A stretch of DNA of 64,000 nucleotides from Sphyrna mokarran (lineage: Eukaryota): positions 25,854,001 through 25,918,000 of the forward strand of contig JAGIQG010000012.1 of NCBI GenBank assembly GCA_024679065.1. The letters are read 5' to 3'. Below, in pieces: positions 61,800 through 64,000 of this stretch (position 1 is the first letter of the stretch; the number at the start of each line of letters is the position of its first letter). The translations under genes were made by a program, and so were the position numbers. Below the pieces are notes generated by a model. It saw only the letters and a list, made by a program, of their open reading frames with translations. It made no database searches and was not told the origin of the DNA.

Positions 61800-64000
61800 A
61801 ATGAGCATAGAATGATAGATAAGCATAGATCCAGTGCAAACACATCTGTAGTAAGTGTTTGTGGCTTGATTATCTTAGGCTCAGAGTCATTGAGCTGGAG
61901 GCTGAGCTGCAGACACTGCAGCACATCAGGAAGGGGGGAGTTACCTGATTGCTTTGTACCAGGAGTTAGTCACACCACTTAGGATATGGTCTTCTGATTC
62001 AGTCATTGGTTACAGATCACTGTGACTGAGACAGGTAAAGGAGGGCAGGGCAGGCTGCAGAGTCTCGACCTTTGCAATAGTCCAGTAGATTTGAGATTCT
62101 CTCAGTTTGTTTGGATCAGAGTGGTGCCTGCAGGATAAATGAGCAAACTACTTACGAGTTTTAAACTAAATAGGGTGGACAAGGGATCACTCATGAGCAG
62201 ATATGAATATCAAAGAGTAAAGACCAGGGAACAAAAAAAGACATTAATGTGGGAAATGATGAATAGACCATGACTGGAAGAACTAGAGAGAGTACAAACT
62301 TAAGAGTAAAACAATAAATAAGCTAATGGTTACAAAAATACTAAAAGGACACAATTTAAGGTTCTGTATCTGAATGCACAAAGCATTTTAAACAGAACAG
62401 ATGAACTGATAATTACTGATTCATTTCCAAATGCACTAATAGTCATTACACAGGCATGGCTATAGAATAGCAAAGATTTGAACCTGAAAATTGAAGCGGA
62501 TGTGACTTTTAAGAAGAATAGAAAATTATGAAAAGATGGAGAGTGTCTGTTAATTAATGATGTCATTAGTACAACACAGAGAGATGACCTATGTTCAGGA
62601 AACCAAGATATAAATAGTTTGGGTAGAGCCGAGAAGTCACTCGAGGGATTGGTGTAAGGCTCCCTAACAGTAATCACACAGTAGGACAGAGTATCAAAGA
62701 AGAAATAGTGGGAGCTTGTCAGAAAGATATCAGAAAGATATTGTCAGAAAGGATTAGGATCAGTAAATTTGCAGATGACACTAAAGTTGGCGGAGTGGTA
62801 GATAGTGAAGAGGGGTGTTTTAGTTTACAGAGTGACTTGGACAAGTTGCAGAGCTGGGCCGAGAGGTGGCAAATGGAGTTTAATGTGGAAAAGTGTGAGG
62901 TAATGCACTTTGGCAGGAACAATAAATGTGTAGAGTATAGGGCTAATGGTAGGGCTCTTAATAGTGTTTAGGAACAGAAGGATCTTGGTGTATGTGTCAA
63001 TAGATCCCTGAAAGTAGGCAGTCAAGTGGATAAAGTTGTTAAGAAGGCATATGGAGTCTTAGCTTTTATTGGTAGGGGGATTGAATTTCGGAGCCGCAAC
63101 GTCATGTTGCAACTGTACAAACTCTAGTGCGGCCGCACTTGGAGTATTGTGTGCAGTTCTGGTCCCCACATTATAAGAAAGATGTGGAGGCATTGGAGAG
63201 GGTACAGAGGAGGTTTACCAGGATGTTGCCTGGTATGGAGGGCAGGTCTTATGAAGAGAGGCTGAGGGATTTGAGGTTTTTTCGTTAGAAAGAAGGCGGC
63301 TAAGAGGAAACCTTATTGAAACATATAAGATGATTAGAGGTTTAGATAGGGTGGACAGTGATAGCCTTTTTCCTAGGATGGAGAAAGCTAGCACGAGGGG
63401 TCACAGCTTTAAATTAAGGGGTATGAGTTATAGGACGGATATCAGAGGTAGGTTCTTTACTCAAAGAGTGATTAGTGAGTGGAATGCCCTGCCTGCAGCT
63501 GTTGTAGATGCGCCAAGTTTGGTGGCGTTTAAGAGGTTAATTGATAAGTATATTGAAGAGAAGGGAATGGTTTAGTTTGGAAGGGCATTGCTTTTTATTT
63601 TGGTCAGCACAACATCGAAGGCCGAAGGGCCTGTTCTGTGCTGTATTGTTCTATGTTCTATGTTCTATGTTCTATATGATAATTATCATAAAAGGACTTT
63701 TATATATAAGCTGGAATAATCAGGTGAGAAAAGGCAATGTAGATGCTGAATTCATAAAATATTTTCAACATAATTTCTTAGATTAGTGCATTCTGCACCA
63801 ACTAGACAGCAAGTATACTACAGCTGGTATTGTGCAATGAGATAGGATTAATTAATGACCTCAGAGTGACGATGCCCTTAGGTAACAGTGATTATAATAT
63901 AATTGAATTTTACATTCAGTTTGAGGGAGAGAAGAATGGGTCTAACACTGCTATTTTAAACTTAAATAAGGACAATTATGAGGGCATAAAAGCAAAGCTA
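61800..64000 (+). mobile_element. Old CR1 5' portion (ORF1 relic and APE endonuclease) split by a young CR1
   Basis: ORF1-like LRVIELEAELQTLQHIR at about 61880 and ORF2 start LYLNAQSI at about 62364. An APE relic resumes after 63676 (IIIIKG, LGNSDYNIIEF). Confidence 0.75.
62757..63675 (+). mobile_element. Young CR1 subfamily A, 5'-truncated, nested in an older CR1
   Basis: Runs from ISKFADDTK to EEKGMV*, is nearly identical to 58177-59088 and ends in a (TATGTTC)n tail. Confidence 0.96.

Noticed and set aside
44236-64000. Search for the upstream FILIP1 start-codon exon (ending ...MEGELQ)
   Set aside because: No matching frame with a donor site was found; it probably lies beyond the window.

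Overview
This is vertebrate genomic DNA, and its repeat families (CR1 LINEs, HE1-like V-domain SINEs, Deu-type SINEs, Penelope relics) point to a shark or other elasmobranch. The window lies inside a minus-strand gene recognisable as FILIP1. Two internal coding exons (44235-44062 and 38639-38461) have canonical splice sites, and a candidate internal muscle-type promoter and first exon lies near 373-670. The rest is intron packed with transposon copies: at least three CR1 subfamilies with several nested insertions, two solo LTRs, a Gypsy gag relic, Rex/Babar, L2 and Penelope fragments, SINEs and MITE-like elements. No transposon copy is full length. The most notable observation is a CR1 subfamily whose 3' UTR has absorbed a whole V-SINE that has lost its B box, next to a conserved splice acceptor and hairpin. 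Other observations are locally templated inverted insertions inside two SINEs and inverted young CR1 copies flanking the two exons. Repeat boundaries were read by eye and are approximate. Family assignments come from recalled consensus motifs, not database searches.
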